A stretch of 64,000 nucleotides of DNA from Minisyncoccota bacterium. Lineage in GTDB: Bacteria > Patescibacteriota > Minisyncoccia > UBA6257 > GWB1-50-10. Each line of letters starts with the position of its first letter. Within the stretch, counting starts at the first letter, position 1. The notes under the pieces were generated by a model, which searched no databases, was not told the origin of the DNA, and saw nothing but the letters and a program-made list of their open reading frames with translations. Positions 1 through 9,439 of this stretch are shown here, piece by piece. Made by a program: the position numbers and the translations under genes. The stretch covers positions 370,582 through 434,581 of the forward strand of contig JAYRXE010000037.1 in NCBI GenBank assembly GCA_041917695.1, in the 5' to 3' direction.

Positions 1-970
1 AGAACTTGCAATCGCATTCTGCATCAATGGGATCTTCGCTCCCGCGCCATGCGCCCGATACGTTCACCCATCCGTGGTGAGTCCACGCGCGTTCATTCCG
101 CGCGTGCCGTGTCGGGATGATGCAGTCAAAGGTATCAACGCCCTGCTCGACGCCGTCAAAGATATCCTGAATCCTGCCGATTCCCAAAAGATGGCGGGGT
201 TTCTCGGAAGGAAGGTGCGGAATGGTCCAGGCGAGGACTTGAATCATCTCGTCTCGCCCGTGTCCGAGCGATCCGCCGATGCCGAACCCGTCAAAAGGAT
301 GCGACGCGACGAAGCGCGCGCTTGCTACGCGCAAGTCTTCATACGTGCCACCCTGGACGATGCCGTAGAGCAATTGGTTCTCATTCTTACTCTGAAGGGA
401 TTTCAATTCCCAGCTGTTTGTAAGTTCGAGCGATGCTTTGGTGTAGTCTTTGTCATGCAAGGGCGACGTGCATTCGTCCAGCACAAATGCGATATCCGAA
501 CCGAGCCGGTTCTGTACCGCCATGGACTTTTCGGGCGTCAGAAATCCTTTAAAATCCTTTTCTTTGTCATTGAAAAGAATGCCTTCACGCGTTATCTCGA
601 CCATGCTTTGGCCGTGCGCATTTCGTTCCATGCCCGGGAAGGCGATCTTCCCGCCTCCGTGAGTCCGCGCAATTCCCAATGAGAGCGCCTGGAATCCCCC
701 GCTGTCGGTCATGATGCAACCGTTCCATCCCATATGCCCGTGCAATCCGGGGAAATGTTCATCTTCTCCATGCATGGGCCACAAATGGTAGGTGTTGCAA
801 ATGACCATTTGGGTTTTCGTGGATTCCAAGTCGCGCGCGGAAAGCAACTTTACCTCGCCGTAGGTGCCTACGATGACATACGCAGGGGTTTTCACCACCG
901 TCCCGTTCGGCAACGTAAGCGTGCCCGTGCGCGCCCGCGATGCGGAGTCTGTGTTTTCAATATGAAACAT
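1..970 (-). CDS. tgt: queuine tRNA-ribosyltransferase (tRNA-guanine transglycosylase), C-terminally truncated by window edge
   Basis: Reverse-strand translation from ATG at 970 gives MFHIENTDSASRARTGTLTLPNGTVVKTPAYV...VICNTYHLW...DCIIPTRHARN...ECDCKF, the characteristic Tgt N-terminus, substrate pocket and start of the CxCxxC zinc site. It runs off the window, so it is absent from the ORF track. Confidence 0.9.
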   Translation of the reverse strand, partial: MFHIENTDSASRARTGTLTLPNGTVVKTPAYVIVGTYGEVKLLSARDLESTKTQMVICNTYHLWPMHGEDEHFPGLHGHMGWNGCIMTDSGGFQALSLGIARTHGGGKIAFPGMERNAHGQSMVEITREGILFNDKEKDFKGFLTPEKSMAVQNRLGSDIAFVLDECTSPLHDKDYTKASLELTNSWELKSLQSKNENQLLYGIVQGGTYEDLRVASARFVASHPFDGFGIGGSLGHGRDEMIQVLAWTIPHLPSEKPRHLLGIGRIQDIFDGVEQGVDTFDCIIPTRHARNERAWTHHGWVNVSGAWRGSEDPIDAECDCKF

Positions 971-1042
971 GGGTTCCTTTCTCTTATAAATTAGTTCAAA
1001 AAACTGAACCCTATCCTAGCGGAACCCGGCGCAAATGGCAAT

Positions 1043-1783
1043 TTATTTTTCGAACACGCGCGCATCGCGCCGATACGCGCAATAGTCGCAGGCATCCGCG
1101 GATTCCGGCACGGGGCCGTCGAGGCATTTTTTGAGTTCGATGATGGTCGGTTCCACCCAGTTGTCCTTACCCTCCGAAGGGATGACGCAGACCTCGAACT
1201 CGAGCTTGCCGTCGAAGGCGGCGCGATCGGCGCGACCCGTGCAGTAGACGAAATAGCCCGTGTCGGAAACCGTTAAACCGTTGTTGCGCAGGAGCCATTG
1301 GTAGACCTCCATTTGCCGCCGGTACTGGTCGCGGAACGATGTTTGGTCGAGGCTGCGCACCACCTCCGCTTTCGCCGTCGCCTTGTAATCGACGACCATG
1401 TATTCTTTTTTTGAATTGATCCACAAGTCGTCGATGGCGCCGAAAACAAGCAGGTTCGTCGGGCGGTGCAAAAATTGCACGCCGGTGAAGTTCGCGCGCC
1501 ATTCGTTCAAATTCGCGTGGGGGGCGGGAATGGCGTCCACGCCGTAGGCCTCCATGAGCGGATGCTTCTTTCCCTTCGCGCGGAGAACGTCGAATTCCTG
1601 CTTCAAAAGCGCGTCCACGGCGGCATTCAGCGTGAACGGGGGTCCCGACGGACGCGAAACGCCAAGCCGGCGGTCGAAATAAAAGCACCGCGGACATTCC
1701 CGGAACAGTTCAATTTTGGTACGGCTTATCTTGAACGGCGTCTCCCCGCCGGGAACATAGAGATTGCGTGCGCGCGGAGACAT
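1043..1783 (-). CDS. PD-(D/E)XK nuclease family protein with 4-Cys cluster (Cas4/RecB-nuclease-domain-like), standalone
   Basis: N-terminal CPRCFYF plus C-terminal CLDGPVPESADACDYCAY cysteines, typical of Fe-S nucleases of the Cas4/AddB type. IDDLW ... MVVDYKATAK fits the D..(D/E)xK motif arrangement. Confidence 0.6.
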   Translation of the reverse strand: MSPRARNLYVPGGETPFKISRTKIELFRECPRCFYFDRRLGVSRPSGPPFTLNAAVDALLKQEFDVLRAKGKKHPLMEAYGVDAIPAPHANLNEWRANFTGVQFLHRPTNLLVFGAIDDLWINSKKEYMVVDYKATAKAEVVRSLDQTSFRDQYRRQMEVYQWLLRNNGLTVSDTGYFVYCTGRADRAAFDGKLEFEVCVIPSEGKDNWVEPTIIELKKCLDGPVPESADACDYCAYRRDARVFEK

Positions 1784-1786
1784 GGA

Positions 1787-2749
1787 TTACCGCTTCGGGG
1801 CGGGCTCGTAGAGGTCGGGATTGATAGCGCGGTCGAAACACACATGGCCGGCACCGTGGTCCCAGCTCTCTTCGCGGAAACCGTACGAAACCGGCTTCGC
1901 TGTCGAATTCCCAAATTGCGCCTCGGTTGAAAAGTCCGCGCAGACGGCGAATTGCAATTCCCCTTTCTTCTCATACGCATAGGCTGAGCCGGTCTCCGGG
2001 TCCGCCGGGACGACAAATCCCGCGGCGGTGTTTTCGATCATTGAAAGGTTTTCCGGCAACGTACGCGTGTTCACCCAGTAATTGACGATTTGCGACTGAA
2101 TCATCTGGAGGTCCTGTACGCGCCGCTCGTCGAATTTTTGCATCCGTCCCGTCTTCGGAGAGCCCACGGTGAGCGTTCCGGCGACCAGCGCAATGAGGAC
2201 GACGAGTGAAATGCCGTACGTCCAATACGGACGAAATGCGGACTTCTCGCCCTTTTGCTCGTGCTTCAGCTCGGTAAAGTAGTACCCGAACACGGAACCG
2301 GCCGCAAAGAAAACAGCCAAAACCTTCAGGAAGAATCGAAGCGTCGTATCGCCTTCGAGGAAGCGGTACAGGAGAGTCACGACGTCGCCTATCACGATGA
2401 GCGCCGCGGCAAAGAGCGTGAAATACACGAGCCACCGGCGAATCTTTGATTCGCGCCGTTCAGGTTCGCGGGCATATTCCCGCTTCAAAAAGCGCATCGT
2501 AAAAAGGTAGGCCGGGAAAACGACGACGAGTGTTGCAATCGCGCCGCGCATGGCGCCGTACGCGGCTTGCGCCGCATACGCATAGTCCGTCGCATCCGGC
2601 AAAACGACGTTGATGTATTGGAAAATGAGCGTCAGGAAGCTGACGGCCGAGCCGTACAGCGTCACGATGGACAAGAGGTGCAGGAAGAAATCCCGCGGAG
2701 ATGTTCGATATGTTTTGTGTTCCATAGATTTATTTTTGTGCTTTCTCAA
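1787..2749 (-). CDS. DUF5671-type integral membrane protein
   Basis: Several hydrophobic helices in the N-terminal half followed by a soluble C-terminal domain. The architecture and motifs resemble DUF5671 proteins common in CPR genomes. Confidence 0.55.
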   Translation of the reverse strand: MRKHKNKSMEHKTYRTSPRDFFLHLLSIVTLYGSAVSFLTLIFQYINVVLPDATDYAYAAQAAYGAMRGAIATLVVVFPAYLFTMRFLKREYAREPERRESKIRRWLVYFTLFAAALIVIGDVVTLLYRFLEGDTTLRFFLKVLAVFFAAGSVFGYYFTELKHEQKGEKSAFRPYWTYGISLVVLIALVAGTLTVGSPKTGRMQKFDERRVQDLQMIQSQIVNYWVNTRTLPENLSMIENTAAGFVVPADPETGSAYAYEKKGELQFAVCADFSTEAQFGNSTAKPVSYGFREESWDHGAGHVCFDRAINPDLYEPAPKR

Positions 2750-3335
2750 CTCCGTATTTTTCGACGAGGGTGTTTACGAAGTCCCAATTGAGAACCTTGA
2801 AAAAGGCTTCGACGTATGCCTTCCGGTTCGTTCCATGGTCCATGAAATATGCGTGCTCGTAGACGTCGAGCGCGACGAGTGGAGAGCAATTCCAGACGGC
2901 TCCGACATTTTGCGCGTCCGCACCGTAGGTGTGCAGATGCCCGTCGGACCAGTCAAAAGCGAGCACCGCCCACCCGCGTGAGGAAAGGGCCGTGGCGGTA
3001 AAATCATCCTTCCACGCGTCAAACGAGCCGAAATCCTTTTCAATCATGGTCCGTATCGCTTTTCCGCATTCCCCGGTGCCGCCGAGCAGGGCGAAATAAA
3101 GCTCGTGAAGCTTCATGCCGTTCACCGCGAAGGTTTCCTGGCGCTTCAACTCGCCTATTTCACTGTACACGCCGTTTGCGGCAGATTTGTCGGCGCCGGC
3201 GATCTTTTCCTGTATCTCATTCGTCTTTTTCACATAGCCTTCATACAGCTTTTGGTGTTCGGCGAGCGACGTGAGACTCATGCCTTCGAGGTCTTTCGAG
3301 ATGGGAAGGGGTTTGGGCGTATAAGGGGTTTTCAT
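2730..3335 (-). CDS. superoxide dismutase (Fe/Mn family)
   Basis: LPISKDLEGMSLTSLAEHQKLYEGYV, HELYFALLGG, WAVLAFDW, DVYEHAYFMDHGTNRKAYVEAFFKVLNWDFV are the conserved Fe/Mn-SOD metal-ligand and signature segments. The start is placed at the internal ATG (MKTPYT); the longer ORF up to 3416 is also possible. Confidence 0.85.
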   Translation of the reverse strand: MKTPYTPKPLPISKDLEGMSLTSLAEHQKLYEGYVKKTNEIQEKIAGADKSAANGVYSEIGELKRQETFAVNGMKLHELYFALLGGTGECGKAIRTMIEKDFGSFDAWKDDFTATALSSRGWAVLAFDWSDGHLHTYGADAQNVGAVWNCSPLVALDVYEHAYFMDHGTNRKAYVEAFFKVLNWDFVNTLVEKYGVEKAQK

Positions 3336-3473
3336 GGCGTTTGGATAACGTTTTTGCGACCTTTTCATGATAACACAGGGAAAAGCCTTCCCTTCCCGCC
3401 CTCCCGTAATCTTCACGAGTCTTTATACGTCTTATACGGTAAAGGTCGACCAAAAACGATACGATTGCACACT

Positions 3474-4325
3474 ATGAAAAAGAAATTATTGATCGGAGGA
3501 TTGGCAGCGATAATGCTCGCCGGATCGCTTGTCGTTGTAAGCGTTGTAGGAGCTACGGAGAATTCCGTCGGTGCTGCTGACCAGAGAAAGCCGATGCGTT
3601 CGGCAATGTCCGTAGACGCGAACGGGTCGGTAACCTTGCGGGGGCAGATCGTTTCCATCCCGCCCACCGCCGGACCGCAGGAGACCCCCGTGGTCGTCGT
3701 TGCGGGCTGGTTCGGGAACTACTCCGTGAACGTGTTGAACGCGAAGATCATGGACGCCAAAGGCGATGCGCGCTCCCGCGCGGATCTCCGGATTGGCGAC
3801 TGGCTCACGGTTCGCGGAACGGCTTCTCTTACCGGGATGGCCATCACCGCCACATCGGTGAAAGACCACTCGCTTCCCGTCCCTCAGCCGACACCGCAAA
3901 AGCACGCGAAAGGCTGGGCTTCCGATATCGACTACAAAAACCGCACGTTTCTCCTTCATACCGAGAAGAATGAGACCATTCGCGTCGCCCTTGATGCGAA
4001 TGCCCAGATAGTGATTTCCGGTACCGCTCCGCAAAACGCGCCCGGATTCGACGGCTTGAAGGAAAAAGCAGCGGTTGAGGTGTGGGGATACTACGACCCG
4101 AACATCGATGCCGCCATTCCCCTCTTCCATGCGTCAAAGCTCATGATCCATTGGAACACGCCTGCTCTTTTCCCTGCGGCCGTTCAGAGCTTCTTCGCGG
4201 ACGTCCGTTCGGCGATGAAGTATGACGACGATGGAACGCGGAAGGATAGCGACAAGGATGCGCGCGTAGACTCCCGCGCAGAAGTGAAAACCGAAATAAA
4301 GACGTTCAAAACGATCAGCCGGTAA
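3474..4325 (+). CDS. secreted hypothetical protein (DUF5666-like beta-rich domain)
   Basis: MKKKLLIGGLAAIMLAGSLVVVSVVGA signal peptide. The ORF-track start at 3105 overlaps the SOD gene antisense, so the start was moved to ATG 3474. A hairpin plus T-run terminator follows at 4337-4369. Confidence 0.5.
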   Translation: MKKKLLIGGLAAIMLAGSLVVVSVVGATENSVGAADQRKPMRSAMSVDANGSVTLRGQIVSIPPTAGPQETPVVVVAGWFGNYSVNVLNAKIMDAKGDARSRADLRIGDWLTVRGTASLTGMAITATSVKDHSLPVPQPTPQKHAKGWASDIDYKNRTFLLHTEKNETIRVALDANAQIVISGTAPQNAPGFDGLKEKAAVEVWGYYDPNIDAAIPLFHASKLMIHWNTPALFPAAVQSFFADVRSAMKYDDDGTRKDSDKDARVDSRAEVKTEIKTFKTISR

Positions 4326-4336
4326 TCGCTTCCTCA

Positions 4337-4369
4337 AAACCTCCCCTCGAAGGGAGGTTTTGTTTTATT
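4337..4369 (+). terminator. rho-independent terminator
   Basis: aaacctccc-ctcgaa-gggaggttt stem-loop followed by tgttttatt. Confidence 0.6.
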
Positions 4370-4432
4370 GACAAAGTTGCAGATTAATTTTATTTTTACC
4401 CCAGCTATAAACTTTAAAAAACGAGGTGATAA

Positions 4433-5140
4433 TTGCTGAAAAAAATGTTTTTTGCGCTCCTTCTCGCGGTATGCATCTTTTCGACAGAGAAGCAGGGCTT
4501 CTCACAACAGAAATACGTGAAATTCAGGCCCGTCACGCTCACTCTGAGCGGCAACCAGGAACTCGGCGCAGAGACGCCTGACGGCGCTTCAAAAGTACAC
4601 CCCCGAAGCGTTAATTTTTTCCTGGGGTACTCCGTTTTCAAGGAAGGGAACGCCGGATTTTTCGGAACCGGCTCGTATGCGGACGGTTATTTCTTTGGAG
4701 CAGGCGGTGTGAAGACGGAATTCGATTTGACCGAAAGCCTGATTGGCGAAGAGATGGGCGATGTCATTGCCCGCGTTCTCTTTGCCGTGGGCGGCGGATT
4801 CCGAACTAAGGCGGTCGGCAAAGATAAAATAGTGTGGTTCGTGAAAGCGATTGCCAAAAATCCCAAATGGGAACTTGACGGCACGTTCTACGGAACAACT
4901 AAGAACGTCTCTTTCGTCATCCGGTGCGGCATGTATGCCTGGAAAATACTGCGCATCGGACTTGAAGCTCAAAAATACGAGCGCACGACGAGCGTTGCCG
5001 GACTGTTTGCGGAAGGCATCATTCCGCTCGATAAATATGTCGGGGCGCGCGTAGGCGCGAGCATCGGCGCGCAGGTGCAAGATCAGATGCGCTTCCACTG
5101 GGTTCCAGGAATTCACCTGGGCCTCTCAGCGCAGTTTTAA
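4433..5140 (+). CDS. hypothetical secreted protein
   Basis: N-terminal hydrophobic signal-like segment MFFALLLAVCIFS and Gly-rich beta-like repeats. A TTGACA element at 4366-4371 lies upstream. No recognisable family. Confidence 0.4.
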   Translation: MLKKMFFALLLAVCIFSTEKQGFSQQKYVKFRPVTLTLSGNQELGAETPDGASKVHPRSVNFFLGYSVFKEGNAGFFGTGSYADGYFFGAGGVKTEFDLTESLIGEEMGDVIARVLFAVGGGFRTKAVGKDKIVWFVKAIAKNPKWELDGTFYGTTKNVSFVIRCGMYAWKILRIGLEAQKYERTTSVAGLFAEGIIPLDKYVGARVGASIGAQVQDQMRFHWVPGIHLGLSAQF

Positions 5141-5144
5141 ACTC

Positions 5145-5172
5145 AATCCCGCTTTGCGGGATTTTTATTTTG
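5145..5172. terminator. bidirectional hairpin terminator between convergent genes
   Basis: aatcccg-ctttg-cgggatt stem followed by tttattttg. It sits between the + gene stop (5140) and the obg stop (5165). Confidence 0.55.
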
Positions 5173-6127
5173 CCTCCTTAATCTTGTTTAGAATCTTCCG
5201 CACCCCATTCAAGCTTTCCATATCATGGATGGAAATCGCAACGGCGCTTTTATTGATGGCCCGCAATGATTTGAGCTTTTCCCCCGCGTCTTTTTCGCCC
5301 ACCGCATCGGTCTTTGAAAGAAAGAGATATTCCGGCTTCGCCGCGAGATCTTCGCTGTAATTCTTGAGCTCGCGCCTCACTGTTTCGTAATCGCGTGCGG
5401 GATCGTCCGATTCGGCTGAAACCAAGTGGAAAATGATGCGCGTGCGCTCAATGTGCCTCAGGAATTTAATTCCCAATCCCCGCCCTTCGGACGAGCCTTC
5501 AATGAGGCCGGGAATATCCGCAAGGATAAGCTCGTAATAGGCGCCTAAGTGCGGCTCAAGCGTTGTAAAAGCGTAGTTCCCCACCTTGCTTTTTGAATTA
5601 GTGAGCTCATTTAAGAGGCTTGATTTGCCGGCGTTGGGAAGACCGACAAATCCCACGTCGGCGATAAGCTTGAGCTCAAGCCGTATGGTGGCGGATTCGC
5701 CGGGAATGCCCGGCTGCGCTTGTTTGGGCGACGTGTTTGTCGCCGACCTGAAATGAAAATTTCCCCGCCCGCCGATGCCGCCCCGCGCGAGCGGAATGCG
5801 TTCTCCTACGCGCGTCACCTCCTCCCGCGAACCCGTATCAAGATTCCACACCACGGTTCCGACCGGTACGGGAAGAACCAAATCCTCCCCGTCCGCGCCG
5901 TCCCGAAATTGGCCCCGACCGTCCTCGCCGTTTTGGGCTTTAAAATCCTTTTTATGCCGGAAGGGCAGAAGGGCGCCGAGGTCCGAAACTCCTTCTACAT
6001 ACACGCTTCCGCCCTTCCCTCCCGAAGCGCCGGAAGGCCCCAAACTCATGAGGTTCGTGTTAAAGGCGACCGCGCCTTTGCCTCCGTTCCCGGCGGAGAC
6101 TCGAATTGTGACGTCGTCTACAAGCAT
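5165..6127 (-). CDS. obg: GTPase Obg (short form without C-terminal TGS/OCT domain)
   Basis: MLVDDVTIRVSAGNGGKGAVAFN Obg-fold N-terminus with Gly-rich repeats, then the G-domain GLPNAGKSSLL (G1), DIPGLIEGS (G3) and SKTD (G4). Confidence 0.9.
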   Translation of the reverse strand: MLVDDVTIRVSAGNGGKGAVAFNTNLMSLGPSGASGGKGGSVYVEGVSDLGALLPFRHKKDFKAQNGEDGRGQFRDGADGEDLVLPVPVGTVVWNLDTGSREEVTRVGERIPLARGGIGGRGNFHFRSATNTSPKQAQPGIPGESATIRLELKLIADVGFVGLPNAGKSSLLNELTNSKSKVGNYAFTTLEPHLGAYYELILADIPGLIEGSSEGRGLGIKFLRHIERTRIIFHLVSAESDDPARDYETVRRELKNYSEDLAAKPEYLFLSKTDAVGEKDAGEKLKSLRAINKSAVAISIHDMESLNGVRKILNKIKEAK

Positions 6128-6224
6128 AGATACGGTTCCATTAAAGCACGCGAAACGGGCGAAGGCTATCTTCGTGCATTAATCTAACGGGTATCGAATT
6201 CGACAATTTTCGCCTGACGACGCT

Positions 6225-6662
6225 TTAGTGGAAAAAAAGGTTCTTGCGCAACACTTCGAGCACGCGCCCCTGCATGCCTAAAAATCGCCCGAACATGATG
6301 CCCCCTAAAAGCGCGAAGCTCGTCGCGACAATGGAACCGTCGTGCACAAAATATTCGGTGATGCGCTGCTTGAATATCTCGAAGACGATATAGAGCGCGA
6401 TAAAAGCGATGCTCGTCGCGTCCAAATGGGCGTTCACCTGCCGGGCGTCCTTGTCCCATGAAATCGCCAGCATTCGCGAGGTGAGGGCGCCGACGCCGAC
6501 GCCAACCACGAGTCCGATGACCGGATAAAAAATGGGAACGTCATCGACGAGCACTTGGTGCACCGCATACGCGACGATGCCGAAGGCGACAAGGAAATAG
6601 ATAATAAGCCGTACCCGAAGTTTCAGGCTTACGTAGTCCGGCACCTCGATATTTTCCGGCAT
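6225..6662 (-). CDS. small integral membrane protein, hypothetical
   Basis: Four predicted TM helices; no recognisable family. Confidence 0.45.
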   Translation of the reverse strand: MPENIEVPDYVSLKLRVRLIIYFLVAFGIVAYAVHQVLVDDVPIFYPVIGLVVGVGVGALTSRMLAISWDKDARQVNAHLDATSIAFIALYIVFEIFKQRITEYFVHDGSIVATSFALLGGIMFGRFLGMQGRVLEVLRKNLFFH

Positions 6663-6665
6663 GGA

Positions 6666-7088
6666 TTAATGGGATTCCGCAAGGATTTCGACGCTATCGA
6701 CGCGCATCACGCCCCGGACGTCGTATATCCGCCCCAAATTCGAAGAAATGGCCTCGATCGGCACGTAGAGTCCCGTAAAACGCACGCGAGACGCTTCGCT
6801 TATCTCATCCATCGTTTCCGGAGGAACCGCGGCGAGGTCCAGAGCGAAATATATTCCCTCATCCGTACGTACGCCGAAAGCGCATTCAAGCGTATGGGGC
6901 ATGCCAGGACCTCCCCGCTGCGGCAGACAGGTCGGCACGCCTTCAATCGATTCGGTGCGATAAACACTTTCGGGAGTGACGCGCGGAGCTTGCGGCTCGA
7001 ATGCGCGAGTGGAAATAAGGTATCCGGCGCCAACCAAAAAAAGGGCGCCGAGAAGCATCGAGAAATTTTGGAAATTTTTTGTGTTCAT
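6666..7088 (-). CDS. hypothetical secreted protein
   Basis: N-terminal signal/TM segment MLLGALFLVGAGYLIS; no family recognised. Confidence 0.45.
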   Translation of the reverse strand: MNTKNFQNFSMLLGALFLVGAGYLISTRAFEPQAPRVTPESVYRTESIEGVPTCLPQRGGPGMPHTLECAFGVRTDEGIYFALDLAAVPPETMDEISEASRVRFTGLYVPIEAISSNLGRIYDVRGVMRVDSVEILAESH

Positions 7089-7094
7089 ATGGCG

Positions 7095-7559
7095 TTAGGC
7101 ACGAGCTTCCCCGATTCCTCTAATAGCCCCGTTCCCTAGCTCAAAAAGATTTCTGTGGAACGCGATAGCTTCTTCCGCAACGGCCGCGAGGGCAGAGATA
7201 TTGTTTTTGACTGCCCCGGCGCGGACAAGTTCCCAATGCACAATGGCGGCGCCTTCGAAGAACCCGGCCCATTCCAAATGTTCGGCGGCATCGTCCCATC
7301 GGTCGGCAAGATACATGTCCCGCATGGCGCGAAGCTTCTCGCCGGTCGCTTTTATCTTCGCATTGAACGGCTCCTTCGCCTCAAGCGGAACCGCCGCTTC
7401 GAGCGCCGCATATTGGTTTTCAAATCCGGCAAGAAGCTCTTTGTACGTCTCATCGCCGAAAGTAAGCCTCAAGGCATTTACGCCTTTTTCGAACGTTTCC
7501 TTGCCGACAAGGGCGAATGCCCCCACTTCACCGGATTTCTTGCCTAAAAAATCATTCAT
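7095..7559 (-). CDS. hypothetical protein
   Basis: The ORF is trimmed to internal ATG (MNDFLGKK) to avoid overlapping the divergent exonuclease gene. Helical, no family recognised. Confidence 0.4.
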   Translation of the reverse strand: MNDFLGKKSGEVGAFALVGKETFEKGVNALRLTFGDETYKELLAGFENQYAALEAAVPLEAKEPFNAKIKATGEKLRAMRDMYLADRWDDAAEHLEWAGFFEGAAIVHWELVRAGAVKNNISALAAVAEEAIAFHRNLFELGNGAIRGIGEARA

Positions 7560-7649
7560 AGTGGTTATGAGTATACCATGCGTTCTCATATATTTAGCCC
7601 TCCTCCAATGGGTTCGAAGTGGTGTAAAATGGTACCACCTGAAACCCGT

Positions 7650-9056
7650 ATGAAAGCCCTTTCCGGCCATAATTTCGCCATCGTGGACGTCGAAACGACG
7701 GGCACGAACGCCGTGTACAACCGCATTATTGAAATCGGTATTGTCCGCGTGGAAGACGGAAAAGTTACCAAAACTTTCAGCTCGCTCATAAATCCCGATA
7801 CCTACCTCTCCCCTTTCATCACGGGGATTACCGGAATCACGGACACGGACCTTTTTGACGCCCCGCGGTTTGAAGATATCGCTGAGGAAATCGAAGAACT
7901 CTTAGACGGCTGTATCCTTGTCGCGCATAATGCCGCGTTCGACTATGGTTTCGTGCGACGCGAGCTTGAGCGCGCTGAACGGAGCTTCACTGGGCGGCGG
8001 CTCTGCACCGTACGCCTCTCTCGCAAACTCTTTCCCGAGCATCGTTATCACAGCCTCGATCACCTCGTTGAGCGCTTCGGGTTTACCGTAGAGCGCCGAC
8101 ACCGCGCCCTGGATGACGCGATGCTGCTCGTCGAATTTTTCAAAAAATCCGAAAAGCTTCTCGGGTCCGCCCGCGTGAAAAAAGCAATTGCCAAAATGCT
8201 GAAGTTCCCTTCCCTTCCTTCCTATATTCCCGAATCGCAAGTCGCCGGGCTTCCGGCCGCTCCCGGCGTCTACATCTTCCGGGACGAGAACGGCACCCCT
8301 CTCTACGTCGGTAAAAGCGTGTCGGTGCGCGACCGCGTACTCGGCCATTTTTCCAACGCAGCGCGTTCAGGAAGAGAACGCCACATGCTTGAAGAGACGC
8401 GAGATGTCGAATGCGTCCGTACGACCGGCGAATTCAGCGCCTTGATGCTTGAATGCCGCATGATCCAAGAGCTTCAGCCCATCTATAACGTGATGGCGAA
8501 GCGGACGAAAAAACTCCTTATCGGGGAAATTGCTGAGGGCGCCGGCGGCTATCAGACGGTCGTACTCAAGAATTTCGAGCATATTTCGGATATTGATCCT
8601 GAAAAATTCATCGGTCTTTTCCGCTCACGCAAACAATTCGAGGAGCGAATGCGAGCGCTTGCGGATGACGCGCGTCTCTGCCCCAAACTCCTCGGCCTCG
8701 AAAAGACTGCCCGCGCCTGTTTTGCCCACCAGCTAAAAAAGTGCCCTGGAGCCTGCATTGGCAAGGAAAAGCCTGAGAAATACAATCGACGCTTCGCAAA
8801 GTCGTTTGATGAATTCATGGTGCGCCGCTGGCCATATCGGGGTCCTGTCCATCTTATTGAACAGACCGCGCATGGCAGCGGCTCCTACTTTGTCGTTGAT
8901 AACTGGGTGCTTTCCGAATACGGAACCTTCGAGGACGACGCGATGGATTCAACAGAAGTTTCCGAAAAAGCCTTCAACCTAGAAACCTACAAGCTCCTTG
9001 CCACCTGCCTTACGAACCCGAAGCGTTTTCACGTACGGATAGAGTTCAAACGCTAA
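7650..9056 (+). CDS. DnaQ-like 3'-5' exonuclease (DEDDh) fused to GIY-YIG nuclease domain
   Basis: FAIVDVETTGT (Exo I), LVAHNAAFDYGF (Exo II), HRALDDAM (Exo III). Then PGVYIFRDENGTPLYVGKS...RV..H is a GIY-YIG core. Start set at ATG 7650 (MKALSGHNF). Confidence 0.8.
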   Translation: MKALSGHNFAIVDVETTGTNAVYNRIIEIGIVRVEDGKVTKTFSSLINPDTYLSPFITGITGITDTDLFDAPRFEDIAEEIEELLDGCILVAHNAAFDYGFVRRELERAERSFTGRRLCTVRLSRKLFPEHRYHSLDHLVERFGFTVERRHRALDDAMLLVEFFKKSEKLLGSARVKKAIAKMLKFPSLPSYIPESQVAGLPAAPGVYIFRDENGTPLYVGKSVSVRDRVLGHFSNAARSGRERHMLEETRDVECVRTTGEFSALMLECRMIQELQPIYNVMAKRTKKLLIGEIAEGAGGYQTVVLKNFEHISDIDPEKFIGLFRSRKQFEERMRALADDARLCPKLLGLEKTARACFAHQLKKCPGACIGKEKPEKYNRRFAKSFDEFMVRRWPYRGPVHLIEQTAHGSGSYFVVDNWVLSEYGTFEDDAMDSTEVSEKAFNLETYKLLATCLTNPKRFHVRIEFKR

Positions 9057-9071
9057 ATTTATACAAAATAA

Positions 9072-9097
9072 AAAGCCGGTTTAAGCCGGCTTATTTA
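9072..9097. terminator. hairpin terminator (bidirectional)
   Basis: aagccgg-tttaag-ccggctt followed by tattt on + and preceded by an A-run, so it is usable on the minus strand too. Confidence 0.6.
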
Positions 9098-9413
9098 AAT
9101 AATTACAGGCAGTCTCTCATCTGATTTTCGCTCGTTGCGCAGTATCGGGCGTAGCTTCACCCTGGGGCGGCTCTTCAATCCCATCCGCAATACGGAAATC
9201 CACCTAGAAAGATTCCCTCCGGGATCGCATCATTGCCTCCTGCGAGCATGTCCGAGTTACCCCACATACCTTGATTAGGATGTGATAACCTTCGACCCAG
9301 GCGATAAATTCGAGTACGACTTATCTTTAACCTGTTAGCCTGTTAAATATAATTTGTTAAAGCCTATATTCGGAAATAAAGCCCCCGCGACTCTATTCCT
9401 ATCTAAGAAGCAT

Positions 9414-9439
9414 GTCGAGATATGCTCGAGATATGCTCG
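9414..9439. repeat. 11-bp tandem duplication (tcgagatatgc x2.3) inside ORF-free AT-rich region
   Basis: Exact direct repeat seen in sequence: gtcgagatatgctcgagatatgctcgac. Confidence 0.7.

Noticed and set aside
74-1134. Plus-strand ORFs 74-682, 450-662, 734-994, 940-1134
   Set aside because: They are antisense to a clear, full-length-quality tgt reading frame on the minus strand. They have no recognisable motifs and are typical GC-rich shadow ORFs.
1043-1783. CRISPR-Cas locus suggested by the Cas4-like nuclease
   Set aside because: No direct-repeat/spacer array and no cas1, cas2 or effector genes occur anywhere in the window. The nuclease is called as a standalone PD-(D/E)XK protein.
3105-3473. 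N-terminal 123 codons of track ORF 3105-4325
   Set aside because: It overlaps the superoxide dismutase gene on the opposite strand. A signal-peptide start (MKKKLLIGG) with an intergenic gap exists at 3474.
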